Source: an uncultured Nitrospiraceae bacterium (GTDB taxonomy: Bacteria; Nitrospirota; Nitrospiria; Nitrospirales; Nitrospiraceae). Taken from it: a stretch of DNA of 64,000 nucleotides. The stretch covers positions 96,001 to 160,000 of the forward strand of contig CAVPLT010000006.1 of assembly GCA_963706325.1 (NCBI GenBank), written 5' to 3'. The notes under the pieces were generated by a model. That model was not told where the DNA came from. It searched no databases and worked only from the letters and a program-made list of their open reading frames with translations. Positions 49,965 through 61,556 of this stretch are shown in pieces. The stretch's first letter is position 1, and the number at the start of each line of letters is the position of its first letter. The position numbers and the translations under genes are program-made.

Positions 49965-51347
49965 TTAGGACGAGGTGGAGCTGCCTTCAGTACTCTCGAC
50001 GATGGCCTTGTGCAAAATTGCCACCATCTTCGTTAACTCTCGGGCGCTGGTGGAGAGGGGAGGTACCAGGGCGATAATGTTGCCGAGAGGTCTCAGCAGC
50101 AGGCCATCCGCCCGGCACGCTTGGGCGACGAGATGGCCGATACGTCGTTCGAGCGGGTAGGGATGACGCGTCGTCCGGTCCTGCACGAGTTCAATGCCGA
50201 CCATAAGCCCACATTGCCGAATGTCACCCACATGAATCAGCGCGGCCAGTGGGCGCAGCAGTCGGGCGAGCAGTTTGATCTGTCTTCGGACCTGGGCGAG
50301 AGTCTTCTCCCGCCGGAAGATCTCGATGTTCGCAAGCGCCACGGCACAGCCGAGCGGATTACCCGTGTAACTATGCCCATGAAAGAAGGTTTTCCAGTCT
50401 TTATATCGACCCAAGAAGGCGCGATAGATCTCTTCGGTCGCCAACGTGGCCGCAAGGGGCATATATCCCCCGGTTAACCCCTTGCTGATCGCCATGAGAT
50501 CCGGAGTCACGCCCTCATGTTGGCACGCGAACATTTTTCCGGTACGGCCGAACCCGGTCGCCACTTCATCGGCAATCAGCAGGACGTTGTACTGGGTGCA
50601 GAGATCGCGGACTCGCCTGAGGTATCCGGGCGGTGCCGTGAGCATCCCTGCGGCAGCTTGGACCAGCGGCTCAATGATGACACCGGCCAGTTCCTGATGG
50701 CGTGTTCTCAACATCGCTTCGAGCGGATCGATGCAGGCTAAGCGGCAGGACGGGTATGTGAGGCTGAGCGGACATCGATAACAGTAGGGCGGGTCCACCT
50801 CATAGGTAGGAAACAAGAGCTCCTTGAACCTCGCGTGAAACAGCTCAATGTTCCCCACGCTCACGGCGCCGACCGTGTCCCCGTGATAGGCCAGTTTTAA
50901 ATGGAGAAAAGAATTCTTCGAGCCGACTGCCGGCTGGCGTTGCTGCCAGTATTGCACTGCCATCTTCAGCGCGACTTCAACGGCCGTCGAGCCATTGTCC
51001 GAATAGAATACTCGCCGCAAGCCCTTAGGCGCGAGACGAATGAGTTCACGGGCCAATTGGATCGCCGGCGGATTGGAGAGCCCGAGCAACGTCGAATGGG
51101 CGATGTTCTGAAGTTGCGACGTGAGCGCGCGGTCGAGTCGCGGATGCCGATGACCGTGCAAATTGACCCAGATGGAAGAGGTACCGTCGAGGTACGTACG
51201 TCCCTCCGTATCGACGAGGTAGGAGCCCTTGCCCTTCTCGATGATGACGGGCATCTCCTGTTCCCACTCCTGCATCTGGGTAAACGGATGCCAGAGGTAT
51301 GCATGGTCCCATGCTGCAAGCCGGGCTGTCTTGGAAGACGTCATCAT
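49965..51347 (-). CDS. bioA: Adenosylmethionine-8-amino-7-oxononanoate aminotransferase
   Basis: WHPFTQM, AYHGDT, IADEVATGFGRTG, SKGLTGG and FFHGHSYTGN motifs. Confidence 0.96.
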   Translation of the reverse strand: MMTSSKTARLAAWDHAYLWHPFTQMQEWEQEMPVIIEKGKGSYLVDTEGRTYLDGTSSIWVNLHGHRHPRLDRALTSQLQNIAHSTLLGLSNPPAIQLARELIRLAPKGLRRVFYSDNGSTAVEVALKMAVQYWQQRQPAVGSKNSFLHLKLAYHGDTVGAVSVGNIELFHARFKELLFPTYEVDPPYCYRCPLSLTYPSCRLACIDPLEAMLRTRHQELAGVIIEPLVQAAAGMLTAPPGYLRRVRDLCTQYNVLLIADEVATGFGRTGKMFACQHEGVTPDLMAISKGLTGGYMPLAATLATEEIYRAFLGRYKDWKTFFHGHSYTGNPLGCAVALANIEIFRREKTLAQVRRQIKLLARLLRPLAALIHVGDIRQCGLMVGIELVQDRTTRHPYPLERRIGHLVAQACRADGLLLRPLGNIIALVPPLSTSARELTKMVAILHKAIVESTEGSSTSS

Positions 51348-51421
51348 GAACGTGCGCGCGGAGTGAAAATGATCGTGCGGCAGGAACGTTCGGCGCGCGT
51401 GAAACGCTGCGTCGCGCGCGG

Positions 51422-51472
51422 ATTATACCGGCGGGCGATTTCTTTGACAACCTTGGAAACGGTCACTATAAT
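51422..51472. promoter_or_regulatory. Overlapping divergent sigma70 promoters for lepA (+) and bioA (-)
   Basis: Plus: TTGACA(51444)-N17-TATAAT(51467). Minus: TTGTCA(51450-51445)-N17-TATAAT(51427-51422). Confidence 0.75.
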
Positions 51473-51490
51473 GAACCGATTTTGGGGAAC

Positions 51491-53302
51491 ATGAGCCAGG
51501 ATTTGCAAAGTCTCATCCGAAACTTCTCGATCATCGCCCATATCGATCACGGCAAATCGACCCTCGCTGACCGGCTCCTCGACGCAACTGGCGCAGTCAC
51601 TGCCAGAGAAGCAAAGGAGCAAATCCTTGATGCGATGGACCTGGAGCGTGAGCGTGGTATCACGATTAAAGCTCACGCCGTGGCCATTCGTTATAAGGCT
51701 CGTGATGGGAAGACGTATTTGCTGCATCTGATCGATACGCCCGGCCACGTCGACTTTACCTATGAGGTATCGCGCAGCCTGGCGGCTTGCGAAGGCTCGC
51801 TGCTCCTCGTCGATGCGACGCAGGGCGTGCAAGCGCAGACCATTGCCAACGTGAACTTGGCGATGGGCAATCATCACACGATTATTCCCGTCATCAATAA
51901 AATCGACCTTGCCAGCGCCGACGTCGAAGGCACAAAACAGCAAATTTCCGAAGTGCTCACGCTGGACGCCAGCGATGCCATGTTGGTGAGCGCGAAGGAA
52001 GGACGCGGGGTGCCGGAAGTGCTCGAGGCGATTGTCACACGCATCCCCCCTCCGTCGGGTGATCCGGCTCTGCCCCTTAAAGCATTGATTTTCGATTCCT
52101 GGTTCGACAATTACCAAGGTGTCATCGTGCTGACTCGCATCGTCGACGGGTTCGTGCGGCCGGGGATGAAAATCAAGGTGATGTCCAATGACCGGTTGTT
52201 CGAAGTCACGGAGGTCGGACAATTCACACCGAAGCGGACCAAGGGAACACAGCTGCTCACAGGAGAGGTCGGGTATCTTTGCGCCAATATGAAGGAAGTC
52301 GCCGACGTGAAAATTGGTGATACGCTAACCGACGCGCTGAAACCGACCGGACAGGCGTTTCCAGGTTATAAAGAAGTGAAGCCGCTGGTCTTTTGTGGCC
52401 TCTATTCGACGGACACGGCGCGTTATGAAGATCTCCGGGATGCATTACTGAAGTTGCGGCTGAACGATTCGTCATTTGTCTATGAACCGGAAACCTCCTT
52501 GGCGCTCGGGTTTGGATTTCGCTGCGGCTTCCTTGGTCTGCTGCACATGGAAATCATCCAGGAGCGGCTCGAACGCGAATACGAACTGACGCTGATCACA
52601 ACCGCTCCGACCGTCATCTACCGCGTCCTCACCACGAAGGGGGATGTGCTGGAGGTAAACAATCCGGCCGATCTTCCGGAGCCCAGTTCCATTGCCTCAT
52701 TTGAAGAGCCGTTTATTTTGGCCACGCTCATTGCTCCGGAGCGCTACCTCGGCACCCTCTTGCAATTGTGCCAGGAGCGCCGCGGCCTTCAACGCAGCAT
52801 TCATTATTTGGACCCTACGCGCGTCATGATCAGTTATGAGCTGCCGCTGAATGAAGTCATTCTGGATTTTTATGACAAACTAAAATCGAAGACGCAAGGC
52901 TATGCATCGCTGGATTACGAACTGCTCGGGTATCGCGAATCCGACTTGGTCCGCCTCGACATTGTACTCAACGGCGAGCCAGTTGATGCGTTGTCGTTCA
53001 TCACCCATAAGGATCGTTCGTACCAGCGAGGCCGGCAGGTTGCTGAAAAAATGAAAGAGCTGATCCCCAAGCAAATGTTTGAGATCGCCATTCAGGCTGC
53101 CATCGGCAACAAAATCGTCGCTCGAGAGACCATCGGCGCCATAAAGAAGAATGTCACGGCCAAGTGTTACGGGGGTGATATTTCCCGCAAGCGTAAACTC
53201 TGGGATAAACAGAAGGAAGGCAAAAAACGCATGAAAGCGGTCGGAAGAGTTGAAGTGCCGCAAGAGGCATTTTTAGCGATCCTCAAGGTGAGCGAGGAAT
53301 GA
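51491..53302 (+). CDS. lepA: Elongation factor 4
   Basis: [31 protein letters not shown] and [10 protein letters not shown] motifs. Confidence 0.98.
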   Translation: MSQDLQSLIRNFSIIAHIDHGKSTLADRLLDATGAVTAREAKEQILDAMDLERERGITIKAHAVAIRYKARDGKTYLLHLIDTPGHVDFTYEVSRSLAACEGSLLLVDATQGVQAQTIANVNLAMGNHHTIIPVINKIDLASADVEGTKQQISEVLTLDASDAMLVSAKEGRGVPEVLEAIVTRIPPPSGDPALPLKALIFDSWFDNYQGVIVLTRIVDGFVRPGMKIKVMSNDRLFEVTEVGQFTPKRTKGTQLLTGEVGYLCANMKEVADVKIGDTLTDALKPTGQAFPGYKEVKPLVFCGLYSTDTARYEDLRDALLKLRLNDSSFVYEPETSLALGFGFRCGFLGLLHMEIIQERLEREYELTLITTAPTVIYRVLTTKGDVLEVNNPADLPEPSSIASFEEPFILATLIAPERYLGTLLQLCQERRGLQRSIHYLDPTRVMISYELPLNEVILDFYDKLKSKTQGYASLDYELLGYRESDLVRLDIVLNGEPVDALSFITHKDRSYQRGRQVAEKMKELIPKQMFEIAIQAAIGNKIVARETIGAIKKNVTAKCYGGDISRKRKLWDKQKEGKKRMKAVGRVEVPQEAFLAILKVSEE

Positions 53303-54090
53303 GCGTCGAACCCAATTCACCGCCACCCAACGAGGCCTCTACACCGACCGACGCAGGGGTGACACCCGCCCCATCCGAACCCGCTCCGGGCCTGGCTGTG
53401 CCTGGCGCTGCTGCGCGCGCGATTCAGCCGGTCCACAAATCAATCGTACGAGAGTATGCAGAGGCGATCGTGATCGCCATGTTGCTGGCTTTTGCCATCC
53501 GCGTCTTCGTCGTGCAAGCATTCAAAATTCCTTCCGGATCCATGATTCCCACACTGCTGGTGGGTGACCACATTTTAGTGAGCAAACTGTCGTACGGCCT
53601 GCAATGGCCTACCGACTGTCAGATCAAGCCAGGATTTCCGCCGATCACCTGTTACTCCTCGCGAACCGTGCTTCCATTCGGCACCATTCAGCGCGGCGAT
53701 ATCATCGTTTTTCGGTTTCCTGAGGATGAGGACAAGGATTTCATCAAACGAGTCGTCGGACTTCCCGGTGATACCATTCAGATTCGAAACAAGATTGTGC
53801 ATGTGAACGGCACGCCATTCGAAGACCATGCCTTCACGCAGCACACGGATCCTCCGATTCATGATGGCCACATCAGTCCGCGCGATAATTTTGGCCCGGT
53901 CACGGTTCCCGACGATGCCTATTTTGTGATGGGAGACAATCGGGACCACAGTCTCGATAGTCGTTTCTGGGGCTATGTGCGCACCGAAAAGGTTCGCGGC
54001 AAAGCCTTTCGCATTTATTGGTCGTGGAGCGGTCAAGGATCATGGACCGAATGGGTACGATGGGAAAGGTTAGGAAAAGCCATCAAGTAG
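53299..54090 (+). CDS. lepB: Signal peptidase I
   Basis: [17 protein letters not shown] and [12 protein letters not shown] motifs. Confidence 0.97.
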   Translation: MSVEPNSPPPNEASTPTDAGVTPAPSEPAPGLAVPGAAARAIQPVHKSIVREYAEAIVIAMLLAFAIRVFVVQAFKIPSGSMIPTLLVGDHILVSKLSYGLQWPTDCQIKPGFPPITCYSSRTVLPFGTIQRGDIIVFRFPEDEDKDFIKRVVGLPGDTIQIRNKIVHVNGTPFEDHAFTQHTDPPIHDGHISPRDNFGPVTVPDDAYFVMGDNRDHSLDSRFWGYVRTEKVRGKAFRIYWSWSGQGSWTEWVRWERLGKAIK

Positions 54091-55124
54091 CGCGATCCGG
54101 GAACACCGGATCGTCCAGCACGCAGACAGGTGAGGGGGCGCCGGATGACGCGGCGATCCTTCGCGCCTATGTCCAGCGTTTCTCCCGCGCCAGCGTGTTG
54201 GTCATCGGAGATCTCATCCTCGATCACTATGTATGGGGACGCGTGAACCGGATCTCTCCGGAAGCGCCGGTTCCAGTGGTGCATGTGGAGTCTGAATCGC
54301 TTAAGCTGGGGGGCGCCGCGAATGTGTTCAACAACATTCTCGCCCTTGGGGGACAGGCCGACATATGCGGCGTCATCGGAGCTGATGAAAGCGGCCGGCT
54401 GCTTCTGAAGGAGTTGGGCGGACGACGGCAAGGTCGGGGCGGGGTCGTCATCGACCACAGCCGGCCGACGACACGCAAATCTCGCGTGGTTGCGCACAAT
54501 CAACAAATCGTTCGGTACGACGTCGAGCGACGGACTGAACTGACCACGCTGCTGCAGCGCCGCATTCTCCGGTATGTGGAGTCCAGAATAAAGGAACTGT
54601 CCTGCTTGGTGGTGTCGGACTATGCCAAGGGCGTCGTCACAGCTTCGCTGATGACCGAGTTGACTCGATTGGCCGGACAGCGCAAGATTCCCATCGTGGT
54701 GGATCCCAAGGTCGAACATTTCAGCTATTACCGAGGTGTGACGGTCGTCACCCCTAATCATTTAGAAGCCACTCAAGCCGCCGGTGTGCATGGCGACGAC
54801 GACCAAGCGGTTAACAAGGCCGGTACGATCCTTCGGCAGCGATTGGGATGCCAGACCGTACTGGTGACCAGAGGCGAACGAGGCATGAGCGTCTACCAAG
54901 GGCATGGCGACCACTGGCATATTCCGACACGAGCTCGACAGGTGTTTGACGTGACAGGGGCGGGCGATACCGTCGTTGGTACGCTGGCACTGGCTCTCTC
55001 CACCGGCGCCACCATGCGGGAGGCTGCGGTACTCGCTAATCAAGCGGCAGGTGTGGTGGTCGGGATGATCGGAACCGCCACGGTGACGGCAGCACAATTG
55101 ACTGATTCTCTGGGACAGGGCTGA
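54060..55124 (+). CDS. rfaE1: D-glycero-D-manno-heptose-7-phosphate kinase (HldE kinase domain)
   Basis: RISPEAPVPV, SDYAKG, VDPK and DVTGAGDT motifs. Start is uncertain. Confidence 0.93.
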   Translation: MGKVRKSHQVARSGNTGSSSTQTGEGAPDDAAILRAYVQRFSRASVLVIGDLILDHYVWGRVNRISPEAPVPVVHVESESLKLGGAANVFNNILALGGQADICGVIGADESGRLLLKELGGRRQGRGGVVIDHSRPTTRKSRVVAHNQQIVRYDVERRTELTTLLQRRILRYVESRIKELSCLVVSDYAKGVVTASLMTELTRLAGQRKIPIVVDPKVEHFSYYRGVTVVTPNHLEATQAAGVHGDDDQAVNKAGTILRQRLGCQTVLVTRGERGMSVYQGHGDHWHIPTRARQVFDVTGAGDTVVGTLALALSTGATMREAAVLANQAAGVVVGMIGTATVTAAQLTDSLGQG

Positions 55125-55125
55125 C

Positions 55126-55899
55126 GTGACCCGGTCGGTCACGGTCGTGATTCCCGCTCGGTACGGATCCTCTCGATTTCCTGGGAAACCATTGGTAGAC
55201 CTGCTGGGTAAGCCGATGATTCAGCACGTCTATGAGCAGGCGAAGGCCTGTCGCGTGGTGAACGACGTCTTGGTGGCCACCGATGACGAACGCATCAAAG
55301 CGGCTGTTGAGCGGTTCGGAGGACGAGTCGTCATGATGACGGAGTCCTATCGTACCGGAACCGACCGGGTGGCGGGGATTGCGAACGCCCAGGCCGGTGA
55401 TTGCTTCGTCGATCTGCAAGGAGACGAAATTTTGCTCCACCCCGATCTCATCACGGATTTGGTGGAACCGTTTCTGGCCAGCGATGCGTCCATGGGCACG
55501 TTAAAACGACGGATCGAATCGGACCACGATCTGCAAAATTCTGGAGTGGTGAAGGTCACGACCGATCGTGACGGCTATGCCCTCTACTTTTCCAGAGCGC
55601 CGATTCCCCTGGTTCGGGATGACCCGCGGCGGACTGCTGTGGCGGGACTGCATTTCATTCACCTGGGCCTCTACATCTATACGCGCGAGACATTGATGCG
55701 ACTTGCGGCATTGCCCACGGGGATGCTCGAAGAGGCGGAAAAGCTGGAACAATTGCGCGCGCTGGAACACGGCATTCGAATTCGCGTCTGGGAAACCACC
55801 CATTCTTCATTACGCATCGACAGCCCGGAAGACGTGCCCAACGCATTGGAACAGCTTCGCAACAATGATACTGGACGCTGCAGTACTCACGCGTCATGA
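55126..55899 (+). CDS. kdsB: 3-deoxy-manno-octulosonate cytidylyltransferase
   Basis: [24 protein letters not shown] and [10 protein letters not shown] motifs. Confidence 0.96.
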   Translation: MTRSVTVVIPARYGSSRFPGKPLVDLLGKPMIQHVYEQAKACRVVNDVLVATDDERIKAAVERFGGRVVMMTESYRTGTDRVAGIANAQAGDCFVDLQGDEILLHPDLITDLVEPFLASDASMGTLKRRIESDHDLQNSGVVKVTTDRDGYALYFSRAPIPLVRDDPRRTAVAGLHFIHLGLYIYTRETLMRLAALPTGMLEEAEKLEQLRALEHGIRIRVWETTHSSLRIDSPEDVPNALEQLRNNDTGRCSTHAS

Positions 55900-55930
55900 C
55901 AAGTGGTCGCATTCACAAGAAGGTGCAACG

Positions 55931-57532
55931 ATGAGCAAATTCATATTTGTGACCGGGGGTGTCGTCTCGTCGCTCGGAAAAGGGCTGGCCTCCGCGGCTA
56001 TCGGCAATCTGCTGGAAAGCCGCGGGTTGAAGATCACGTTTCTCAAGCTCGACCCATACATCAACGTCGACCCTGGGACGATGAATCCGTACCAGCATGG
56101 GGAAGTCTATGTCACGGAAGACGGGGCGGAGACCGATCTGGACCTCGGCCACTACGAACGCTATACCTCAATGACGCTCACCCGGGAGAACAATTACACC
56201 ACAGGGCGCATCTACCATTCCGTGATTACGAAGGAGCGGCGCGGAGATTACTTGGGTGGAACCGTGCAGGTGGTGCCGCATGTCACGGACGAAATCAAGC
56301 AATGCATCATGCGCATCTCGCAGGGCATAGATGTCACGATCGTCGAAATAGGAGGCACCGTCGGCGACATCGAGAGCCTGCCCTTCCTCGAGGCCATCCG
56401 GCAGATCCCGTACGACGTGGGACGAGACAACGTGCTCTATGTCCATCTCACGCTCGTCCCATACATCGGAGCTGCCGGAGAATTGAAAACGAAGCCGACG
56501 CAACATTCGGTGAACAAGCTTCGAGAAATCGGCATTCAGCCGAACATCCTCTTATGCCGGACTGATCGATATTTGCCTCCGGAACTCAAGGCGAAGATTG
56601 CGATGTTCTGCAACGTCGAAAAAGATGCCGTTATTACGGCCAAAGATGTTGAAACCATCTATGAGGTGCCGATCGTATTCCGCAAGGAGGGATTGGATGA
56701 ACTGATCGTCCGTTTGCTGAAGTTGGAAACGGGTCCGCCGAATCTTCGCGAATGGGATGCCATGGTGCAGAAGATCAAACATCCTAAACATGAGGTGTCC
56801 ATAGCGCTGGTGGGCAAATATGCCGGCTTGAAAGAATGCTACAAAAGTCTGGCGGAAGCGCTGGTGCACGGCGGCATCGATCATGAAACCCGCGTGAATA
56901 TCACCTGGATTGAGTCCGAAGAAGTCGAGCGCCAAGGCACCGAGCGCATTCTGCGTGAGATGGATGGGATCTTGATCCCAGGCGGATTCGGCGCACGTGG
57001 CATTGAGGGCAAGGTCATCACAATTCAGTACGCACGCGAGCATCAAATCCCATTTCTCGGCCTCTGCCTGGGCATGCAATGCGCCACGATCGAATTCGCG
57101 CGAAATGTTGCCGGACTGAAGGACGCGAACAGTGCCGAGTTCGACGAGCGCACCCCGCACCCGGTGATTCACTTGATGTCTGACCAGCAGTCCATCAGCG
57201 ACAAAGGCGGCACCATGCGGCTTGGCTCCTACACCTGCAAACTCGGCGAGGGAACGTTGGCGCAGAAAATGTATGGACTCAGTGACGTGCGAGAGCGACA
57301 TCGCCATCGATACGAATTCAACAATGCCTATCGTGACCGCCTGACAGCCAAGGGGTTGGTGTTGAGTGGACTGTCACCAGATGGACGGCTGGTGGAAATC
57401 GTCGAGTTGCAGAATCATCCCTGGTTCTTGGCAACGCAATTTCATCCGGAGTACAACTCGCGGCCGCATCATCCACACCCCTTGTTCACGGGGTTTGTGG
57501 GAGCGGCGTTACGCCGAAAGTGCGGCCATTAA
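55931..57532 (+). CDS. pyrG: CTP synthase
   Basis: [31 protein letters not shown] and QFHPE motifs. Confidence 0.98.
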   Translation: MSKFIFVTGGVVSSLGKGLASAAIGNLLESRGLKITFLKLDPYINVDPGTMNPYQHGEVYVTEDGAETDLDLGHYERYTSMTLTRENNYTTGRIYHSVITKERRGDYLGGTVQVVPHVTDEIKQCIMRISQGIDVTIVEIGGTVGDIESLPFLEAIRQIPYDVGRDNVLYVHLTLVPYIGAAGELKTKPTQHSVNKLREIGIQPNILLCRTDRYLPPELKAKIAMFCNVEKDAVITAKDVETIYEVPIVFRKEGLDELIVRLLKLETGPPNLREWDAMVQKIKHPKHEVSIALVGKYAGLKECYKSLAEALVHGGIDHETRVNITWIESEEVERQGTERILREMDGILIPGGFGARGIEGKVITIQYAREHQIPFLGLCLGMQCATIEFARNVAGLKDANSAEFDERTPHPVIHLMSDQQSISDKGGTMRLGSYTCKLGEGTLAQKMYGLSDVRERHRHRYEFNNAYRDRLTAKGLVLSGLSPDGRLVEIVELQNHPWFLATQFHPEYNSRPHHPHPLFTGFVGAALRRKCGH

Positions 57533-57535
57533 AGT

Positions 57536-57658
57536 GAGATGCTGAAACCGGCTTCCAGTTGCGTTCTCGGTCGCATGCTTCCTTGTGACGTACCGCAAGG
57601 GTACGCCTCAGTCCACACGCTTCCTGCGGCCTTGCTGGAAGACCGGTTTGAGCATCTC
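57536..57658 (+). repeat. Structured intergenic repeat copy between pyrG and kdsA
   Basis: GAGATGCTGAAACCGG..CGTTCTC..CGTACC-GCAAG-GGTACGCCTC..CTGCGGCCTTG..CCGGTTTGAGCATCTC. Confidence 0.88.
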
Positions 57659-57678
57659 CTTTGAGAGTCGGTCAATTT

Positions 57679-58512
57679 ATGAGCCACGATGTTCAGATTG
57701 GGAGTTTCACCGTCGGAGCGGGGAATCGACCGTTTTTAATCGCCGGACCTTGCGTGATCGAGAGCGAACAGCTCGCCATGGACACAGCAGGCCGGATCGC
57801 CGAAATCACCAAGTCCCTGGGCATGCCCTACGTCTTCAAATCGTCCTATGATAAGGCCAATCGCACGTCCATCACCTCCTATCGTGGACCGGGTCTTGAA
57901 AAGGGTCTCGCTGTGCTGGCCAAGGTCAAGCAACAGATTGGCGTGCCGACTCTCACCGACGTGCATTCGGAAGAACAGGCGGCAGAGGCAGGCAAGGTCG
58001 TGGATATTCTTCAAATTCCGGCCTTTCTCTGCCGCCAAACTGACCTTTTGATCGCCGCGGCCAAGACAGGAAAAGTCGTCAACATCAAGAAGGGGCAGTT
58101 TTTATCACCGTTGGAAATGGCGAACGCCGTCAAAAAAGTCGAGGAATGCGGAAACCGGCGCATTGTGCTGACTGAACGTGGTTCTTCTTTCGGTTATAAC
58201 AATTTGGTCGTCGACATGCGCGCCTTTCCGATCATGCGACGGTTCGGGTATCCGGTGGTGTTCGACGCGACCCACAGCGTGCAACTTCCCGGTGGAGCTG
58301 GCACACAATCCAGCGGCCAGCGTGAGTTCGTCGAACCCTTGGCCTGTGCAGCAGCGGGCGCCGGTTGCGACGGGTTCTTCATGGAAGTGCATCCCGACCC
58401 CGACTCGGCCTTGTCCGACGGACCCAATATGGTTCCTCTTCACGCACTTCAATCACTTCTCGAACGGGTACTACGTATATGCGACGCAGCCGGGCCACAA
58501 CCAGCTCAATAA
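57679..58512 (+). CDS. kdsA: KDO-8-phosphate synthase
   Basis: IAGPCVIES, KANRTS, QIPAFLCRQTDL and DATHSVQ motifs. Confidence 0.97.
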   Translation: MSHDVQIGSFTVGAGNRPFLIAGPCVIESEQLAMDTAGRIAEITKSLGMPYVFKSSYDKANRTSITSYRGPGLEKGLAVLAKVKQQIGVPTLTDVHSEEQAAEAGKVVDILQIPAFLCRQTDLLIAAAKTGKVVNIKKGQFLSPLEMANAVKKVEECGNRRIVLTERGSSFGYNNLVVDMRAFPIMRRFGYPVVFDATHSVQLPGGAGTQSSGQREFVEPLACAAAGAGCDGFFMEVHPDPDSALSDGPNMVPLHALQSLLERVLRICDAAGPQPAQ

Positions 58513-59516
58513 ACGACACTAGACCCTCAAGAGTCCTCCGTCGAATCCCGCTGGACGCCAGCGTGCAAGAGGGGAAACGCGTCCTGGAAATCGAGGCGCG
58601 GGCCGTGCAAGACTTAATCGCTCGTCTCGATGAACGCTTCGCCAGCGCAGTCACATTCTTGCATGACTGCCGAGGGAAGGTCGTCATTTCGGGCATGGGA
58701 AAATCTGGCTTGATCGGGCAAAAGATTGCGGCGACATTAGCCAGCACCGGCACGCCTTCGTTCTTTCTGCATCCGGCTGAAGGCGTCCATGGTGATTTGG
58801 GCATGTTGGCCAAACAGGATGCGCTGATTGCGATTTCCAATAGCGGCGAAACGCAGGAGGTCTTGCAACTGCTGCCCTTTGTCAAACGACTCAACGTGCC
58901 TGTGGTAGCGCTGACCGGCGTTAGCACATCGACATTGGCCAAGAACAGCGATGTGACCCTGGATATTTCCGTCCGTGAAGAAGCCTGCCCATTGGGCTTG
59001 GCGCCGACTGCGAGTACCACCGCCACCCTCGCCATGGGAGATGCCCTAGCGGTCGCGCTGCTTCAAAAGCGGGGATTTAAACAGGACGATTTCGCACAGT
59101 TCCATCCGGGTGGCACCTTGGGGCGTCGCCTTCTCGTGAAAGTGCGAGATCTGATGCAGCAAGGAGACCATCTACCTCAAGTACGGCAGAATGCCTCCGG
59201 CACGGACACCATTTTGGAAATGACGTCTAAGAAACTCGGAATGACCACGGTGGTGAATGCGAAGGGCGCCCTCTACGGAATCGTCACCGACGGAGACTTA
59301 CGCCGCTTCATACAAAAAGGCGGCGATTTCAGCAAGGTGACCGCGCGTGACTTGGCCAGCCGGCGTCCAAAAACTATCGGGCCAGACGAACTGGCCACGA
59401 CGGCTGTGGCGCTCATGGAGCGGTTTTCCATTACGGCGCTGGTGGTCCTGGACGCACCACATCACTTGGCCGGCGTCATCCACTTGCATGACCTCTTAAA
59501 AAACGGCATTGTATAA
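58479..59516 (+). CDS. kdsD: Arabinose-5-phosphate isomerase (KpsF/GutQ, SIS+CBS)
   Basis: GMGKSG, HGDLG, APTAST and FHPGG motifs, plus a CBS pair. Start is uncertain. Confidence 0.94.
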   Translation: MRRSRATTSSINDTRPSRVLRRIPLDASVQEGKRVLEIEARAVQDLIARLDERFASAVTFLHDCRGKVVISGMGKSGLIGQKIAATLASTGTPSFFLHPAEGVHGDLGMLAKQDALIAISNSGETQEVLQLLPFVKRLNVPVVALTGVSTSTLAKNSDVTLDISVREEACPLGLAPTASTTATLAMGDALAVALLQKRGFKQDDFAQFHPGGTLGRRLLVKVRDLMQQGDHLPQVRQNASGTDTILEMTSKKLGMTTVVNAKGALYGIVTDGDLRRFIQKGGDFSKVTARDLASRRPKTIGPDELATTAVALMERFSITALVVLDAPHHLAGVIHLHDLLKNGIV

Positions 59517-59548
59517 GCGAACAACTGGCAACGAGCGCTGAGAGGACG

Positions 59549-60163
59549 ATGGCAGAGAACTGGAAAGAAGCCGGGCTGGTGCTGATGCGGTCGGCAGGAC
59601 AGGAAAGTAATATTAACCTGCCCAATGTCCTGACGCTTGTCAGGATTCTCTTGATCCCGGTGTTCATCATGTTGCTGATTGATCCCACGCCGGATCGCGC
59701 CTTGGCCGCCGCCATCGTGTTTGTCGTCGCGGCCGTGACCGATCTGCTTGACGGGTACGTGGCCAGGAAAACTGGCCAGATCACCAAGCTGGGTCGATTG
59801 CTGGATCCCATTGCCGACAAATTGCTGGTGCTTTCCGCACTGATCTTATTAGTGCAAGTCGATCGTGTCAGCGCGTTGATCGCCATCCTGATCATTGCGC
59901 GAGAAGTGGCGGTGACAGGTATCCGAGCGATTGCGGCAACGGAAGGACTGATCATGTCCGCCGAAGTCACCGGAAAGTATAAAATGGCCTTGCAGGTCAT
60001 CGCGATCGTACTCTTGGTTCTTGAAGGAACCGTGCTGGAAGCCATCGGCAATCTCCATCTCGCGGGCATCGTGACCCTGTACCTGTCTCTCATCCTGGGC
60101 TATGTGTCCGGCGCGCAGTACGTCTGGAGTTTCTGGCGCCAGGTCGGGGTCAAAGGACTGTAG
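59549..60163 (+). CDS. pgsA: CDP-diacylglycerol--glycerol-3-phosphate 3-phosphatidyltransferase
   Basis: NLPNVLT and DLLDGYVAR..G..LDPIADK motifs. Confidence 0.95.
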   Translation: MAENWKEAGLVLMRSAGQESNINLPNVLTLVRILLIPVFIMLLIDPTPDRALAAAIVFVVAAVTDLLDGYVARKTGQITKLGRLLDPIADKLLVLSALILLVQVDRVSALIAILIIAREVAVTGIRAIAATEGLIMSAEVTGKYKMALQVIAIVLLVLEGTVLEAIGNLHLAGIVTLYLSLILGYVSGAQYVWSFWRQVGVKGL

Positions 60164-60209
60164 CCGAATTGCGCTATCGGCGTGCGTATCCGACATCGCT
60201 GGATAATTG

Positions 60210-60812
60210 ATGGACAGTCCCTGGCTCATCGGTCTCCTGACTCTTCTCGGTTATCTCATCGGATCGATCCCGTTCGGCGTGGTTGTGTCCCAGCTGCTCG
60301 GTGTGGCCGATCCACGTTCTGCAGGCAGCCGTAATGTGGGATTCACGAATGTCTTGCGCGTGAGCGGGAAAAAGGCCGGAGTTCTGACGCTGGTCGGCGA
60401 CATCGGAAAAGGCTGGTTCGTCGCCTGGGTAGGGACGTTATTGTTGCACCAAGAATCCGCCATTCTCTTCGTAGCCATGGCATCGATCGTTGGGCATCTC
60501 TATTCAATATTCCTTAAGTTTAAAGGGGGGAAAGGCGTGGCGACATCGATTGGTGCCGTACTAGGGGTTGCCCCTTGGATCGGGCTTGCGCTCCTGGGAA
60601 TTTGGGTGGGAGCGGTTCTGCTGTGGAAATATTCATCCGGTGGTGCGCTCGTCGCTTTTGGAGTCTTTCCCATCATGGCGCTGGTATTTCATCGGTCTTG
60701 GCTGTTCGTGGGATTTGCCTGTGTCGTGGGGCTGTTGATCTGGGGCAGGCACAAAGAGAACCTGATTCGCTTATGGAGTGGGACGGAATCTCGAATCGGA
60801 CACACGAGTTGA
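60210..60812 (+). CDS. plsY: Glycerol-3-phosphate acyltransferase
   Basis: YLIGSIPFG, GSRNVG, FKGGKGVAT and HKENL motifs. Confidence 0.95.
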   Translation: MDSPWLIGLLTLLGYLIGSIPFGVVVSQLLGVADPRSAGSRNVGFTNVLRVSGKKAGVLTLVGDIGKGWFVAWVGTLLLHQESAILFVAMASIVGHLYSIFLKFKGGKGVATSIGAVLGVAPWIGLALLGIWVGAVLLWKYSSGGALVAFGVFPIMALVFHRSWLFVGFACVVGLLIWGRHKENLIRLWSGTESRIGHTS

Positions 60813-60840
60813 CATAATATATCTTATCAGACACCTAAAA

Positions 60841-61479
60841 ATGCTCTCATTTGAGCTCCTGGCCAGATTTCGCAAAGAACTTTCCTTCACCGGCAGCGTC
60901 CTCTATGAGACCATTGTCGCCATCGCAGAACGCGTCAACCGCAAGGTGCAAGTACTACGGCTTCATGGTCAGGCCCTCACGGTTCTGAATCAGATTCACG
61001 TTGTTCATCGAGACATCGGCCGGCGTGTCGTTGAGCTAGCCGCTAAACCCGTGAGAGGCGCTGATCCTGAACCGTGTTCCAATCGACTCCCGCTCGAAGA
61101 TGCCATTCGCATTGCCGCAGACCGTATCAAGGGACAGCGAGCGACGTTGCAGCACATCGAGAGCCATATTCGAGACCTGAAAATTGAGTTAGCTCAAGAA
61201 GAGTTACTGACGATACAACGCGACCTGGGATTGCGTGACGCCGCCCTGGAGCGTGTCATCGTAGCCCAAGGCGCACCAATCATCGGCCATCCGATAGGCG
61301 ACTTTGATTTGCCTGCCACGACTCGTATCGTGGCGGTCCTCCGAGGCCCATTCCTCCTCCCCCTCTCCGACTCCATGACATTGCGTCCGGACGACATTGT
61401 GATCCTTGCAGGACTGCGCCGCGACCTGACCCATTGGCTTCCTCATTTTCAAAGGGCCGTTGCATCCAAAACGGCCTGA
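60841..61479 (+). CDS. Hypothetical protein with a C-terminal TrkA-C (RCK_C)-like domain
   Basis: Coiled-coil N-terminus; PIIGHPIGD..IVAVLRG..P..LRPDD RCK_C pattern. Confidence 0.7.
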   Translation: MLSFELLARFRKELSFTGSVLYETIVAIAERVNRKVQVLRLHGQALTVLNQIHVVHRDIGRRVVELAAKPVRGADPEPCSNRLPLEDAIRIAADRIKGQRATLQHIESHIRDLKIELAQEELLTIQRDLGLRDAALERVIVAQGAPIIGHPIGDFDLPATTRIVAVLRGPFLLPLSDSMTLRPDDIVILAGLRRDLTHWLPHFQRAVASKTA

Positions 61480-61556
61480 GTCGATCCTTTCGCCACCGTT
61501 CTAGAATCTGCTATTCTGTACTCGGCAAACCGTATAGGCGCTGGAGCGTGGCGATC

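Noticed and set aside
55703..55930. Long N-terminal extension of pyrG (similarly kdsD from 58365 and htrA from 61434)
   Set aside because: These overlap upstream genes, and the conserved N-termini begin at later ATGs.
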